In this document: piece after piece, positions 62,372-64,000 of the stretch
How positions within the stretch are numbered: position 1 is the first letter of the stretch
Layout of the letters: each line of letters starts with the position of its first letter
Source of the DNA: Oscillospiraceae bacterium
GTDB taxonomy: Bacteria; Bacillota; Clostridia; Oscillospirales; UBA644
Assembly: GCA_015067305.1 (NCBI GenBank)
Contig: SVMT01000007.1
Span: forward strand, 28,770 to 92,769
Direction of reading: 5' to 3'
Length of the DNA stretch: 64,000 nt
Program-made: the position numbers and the translations under genes
Notes under the pieces: generated by a model
What the model saw: only the letters and a program-made list of their open reading frames with translations
What the model was told of the DNA's origin: nothing
Databases searched by the model: none

Positions 62372-63544
62372 TTGTTAAAAGTAAATTTCTTCAGAGAATT
62401 CAAAATTGAATACAAAGATAAAACCATAGGTGACAGCCTGAGCAAATCAAAAAAGCACCTGTCACTGCTGGGTTATCTTATGTTAATGAGCGACAAGACC
62501 TTCTCAAAAGAAGCCCTCATGGACCTTCTTTGGGATGACGACAGGAGCGACAACCCAGGAAACGCACTGAAAACAGCAATACACCGAATCCGTGCGACTT
62601 TGGATCAGTTAGATTATCCGGAAGAGATCATCATCAGAGACGGAAGCAGTTACCGTCTGAACAGAGATATCCCCATACTTTCTGATGTTGTGGAATTTGA
62701 AAAGCTTTGCAAGATAGTAATGGACTCAAATGCAGAAAACTCAGAACGCCTTAAGTGCTACCGTGAAGCTTCTGTCCTTTACACGGGAGATTTTCTTGAA
62801 CAACACAAAGCCGACCCTTGGGTAATTCCTATCAGGACATATTACAGATCAATGTTCCTCAGTTCCACATACGAAGCAATACATATTCTCGAAGTTACTC
62901 AGGATTACACCGAAGCCGAAAAGTTTGCGGAAAAAGCTGTCCTTGTTGACCCATACGACGAAAACCTTCATTACTGTCTTGTAAAATCAAGAATCAAGCA
63001 AGGTAAAAGGATCGCCGCACTGGAACACTACAATTATACAGTAGATCTTTTCCACGACAAATACGACGTAACGCCCTCAAAAGAATTTATCGCACTTTAC
63101 AGAGACATCACAGAACAGACGCACCTTGAAACTCACGATATGGATATGATCCTTGAAAATCTCAGAGAAGCGCCAAACAAAGAGGCATTTTTCTGTAACT
63201 ACGAAATGTTCAAGGATATGTATCAGTTCAAGGCGAGAGTTCTGGCAACAAAACCTGAAGAATCCTACATATTTCTTCTGACACTCAGATCTGACGAATC
63301 AGGCGTTGTCAGAGATGCGGCAGGCAAACTGAAAAGATATCTGAAAGCTAACCTAAACAGAAGCAGTGTAATCACACGATACAGTAAATCACAATTTCTG
63401 ATGATGATACTTAACGAACCGAAGGAGATATCAGAAAAGAAGATCCAAAAACTTTTGACCAAGTTCAAAAAAGAAAATCCGATCTTCAACGTAGATTTTG
63501 AACTTCTCGCACGACATATTGAAGCAACTGCTGATGTACAATAA
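62372..63544 (+). CDS. SARP-like regulator: OmpR/PhoB-type winged helix + BTAD domain + C-terminal degenerate GGDEF-like domain
   Basis: LKVNFF.EF.I.Y.........K...LL.YL.L.......E.L...LW.D......N.LK..I.R.R..L (wHTH), BTAD/TPR-like middle, C-terminal ...VITRYSKSQFLMMIL resembling R.GGDEF....; TTG start with GAGG RBS (the ORF track starts 13 codons earlier at 62333). Confidence 0.7.
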   Translation: MLKVNFFREFKIEYKDKTIGDSLSKSKKHLSLLGYLMLMSDKTFSKEALMDLLWDDDRSDNPGNALKTAIHRIRATLDQLDYPEEIIIRDGSSYRLNRDIPILSDVVEFEKLCKIVMDSNAENSERLKCYREASVLYTGDFLEQHKADPWVIPIRTYYRSMFLSSTYEAIHILEVTQDYTEAEKFAEKAVLVDPYDENLHYCLVKSRIKQGKRIAALEHYNYTVDLFHDKYDVTPSKEFIALYRDITEQTHLETHDMDMILENLREAPNKEAFFCNYEMFKDMYQFKARVLATKPEESYIFLLTLRSDESGVVRDAAGKLKRYLKANLNRSSVITRYSKSQFLMMILNEPKEISEKKIQKLLTKFKKENPIFNVDFELLARHIEATADVQ

Positions 63545-63551
63545 ATAATAA

Positions 63552-63597
63552 TTTTTCGGGAAAAACCGTTTAAATTGGTTTTTCCCGAATTTTTTAA
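63552..63597. terminator. bidirectional intrinsic terminator between the SARP gene and the Mn-catalase gene; near-identical to 3305-3350
   Basis: TTCGGGAAAAACC-loop-GGTTTTTCCCGAA followed by TTTTTT. Confidence 0.8.
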
Positions 63598-63610
63598 TCA
63601 TTTCAGACCG

Positions 63611-64000
63611 TCATTTATCGAATGAAGGATTTATTGCATAGAAGTTTTTGCAATTCAGTTTATCCTGTGCAATTCTGATGCACTCGCCAAATCTCTGATA
63701 ATGGACAAGTTCCCTTTCGCGGAGGAATTTTATTGGGTCGCGAACATCGGGGTCATCAACAAGACGCAGGATATTGTCGTAAGTCAAGCGTGCTTTCTGT
63801 TCCGCAGCCAGGTTTTCGTTGAGATCTGCAAGAGTATCACCTGTTGAAGATATCGACCACGCAGAAAAAGGCGTGCCGGATGCTGCCTGAGGATAGATAC
63901 CCGCAGTATGATCTACGAAATACGTTTCAAAACCTGCGGCTTTAATATCTTCCTCGCTGAGGTTTCGCGTAAGCTGATAAAGTATAGTTCCCACCATTTC
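63611..64000 (-). CDS. manganese catalase family protein (CotJC-like), 5'-truncated by the window edge
   Basis: C-terminal two-thirds collinear with CotJC (LAAEQKAR..Y..L....DDP...D...FLRERE.VH.QRF); frame stays open to position 64000. Confidence 0.75.
   Translation of the reverse strand, partial: EMVGTILYQLTRNLSEEDIKAAGFETYFVDHTAGIYPQAASGTPFSAWSISSTGDTLADLNENLAAEQKARLTYDNILRLVDDPDVRDPIKFLRERELVHYQRFGECIRIAQDKLNCKNFYAINPSFDK

Overview
This 64 kb window looks like a chromosomal segment of a moderate-GC Firmicute. Class Clostridia, possibly Oscillospiraceae or Ruminococcaceae-like, is my inference from gene content, GGAGG ribosome-binding sites and sigma-A type promoters. No database search was possible, so every family name comes from motifs recognised by eye.

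Most of the window is housekeeping:
- a SCIFF-type radical SAM maturase at the left edge, then nrdR, radC, uvrB-uvrA and rpsT
- glnS-gltX, glpK, rluB, serC-serA, rpe, ymdB and tgt
- rqcH, nif3, trmK and a class A PBP

Accessory pieces are interspersed:
- an AraC/GH127 pair
- a small toxin-antitoxin islet: an orphan RelB/DinJ antitoxin plus a Phd-RelE pair, with divergent consensus promoters
- two paralogous Gfo/Idh/MocA oxidoreductases
- a PIG-L deacetylase plus SIS isomerase pair
- an AT-rich islet at about 36.7-37.9 kb
- a cell-envelope locus at about 44-63.5 kb

The envelope locus encodes a LamG protein, a PBP1A with terminal extensions, a 1370-aa repeat adhesin and a 155-aa orphan protein. 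It also encodes a 1502-aa Ala-rich secreted orphan protein, a DUF4091/GH123-like protein and a SARP/BTAD-type regulator.

The signals I consider most worth following up:
1. A dense cluster of nine DnaA boxes at 19.04-19.29 kb, with no dnaA or dnaN nearby.
2. A SARP-style promoter in front of the ORF155-adhesin operon: two 8-mers with 11-bp phasing, ending 8 bp upstream of the -10. The matching regulator type is encoded 7 kb away.
3. The 1502-aa orphan protein, which has strong expression signals.
4. A 7-nt phased UAG repeat in the gltX leader.
5. A multi-copy family of intergenic double-hairpin repeats.
6. A DD-carboxypeptidase homologue with all three catalytic motifs degenerate.

I found no rRNA, tRNA, CRISPR array, transposase, integrase or recognisable phage genes.
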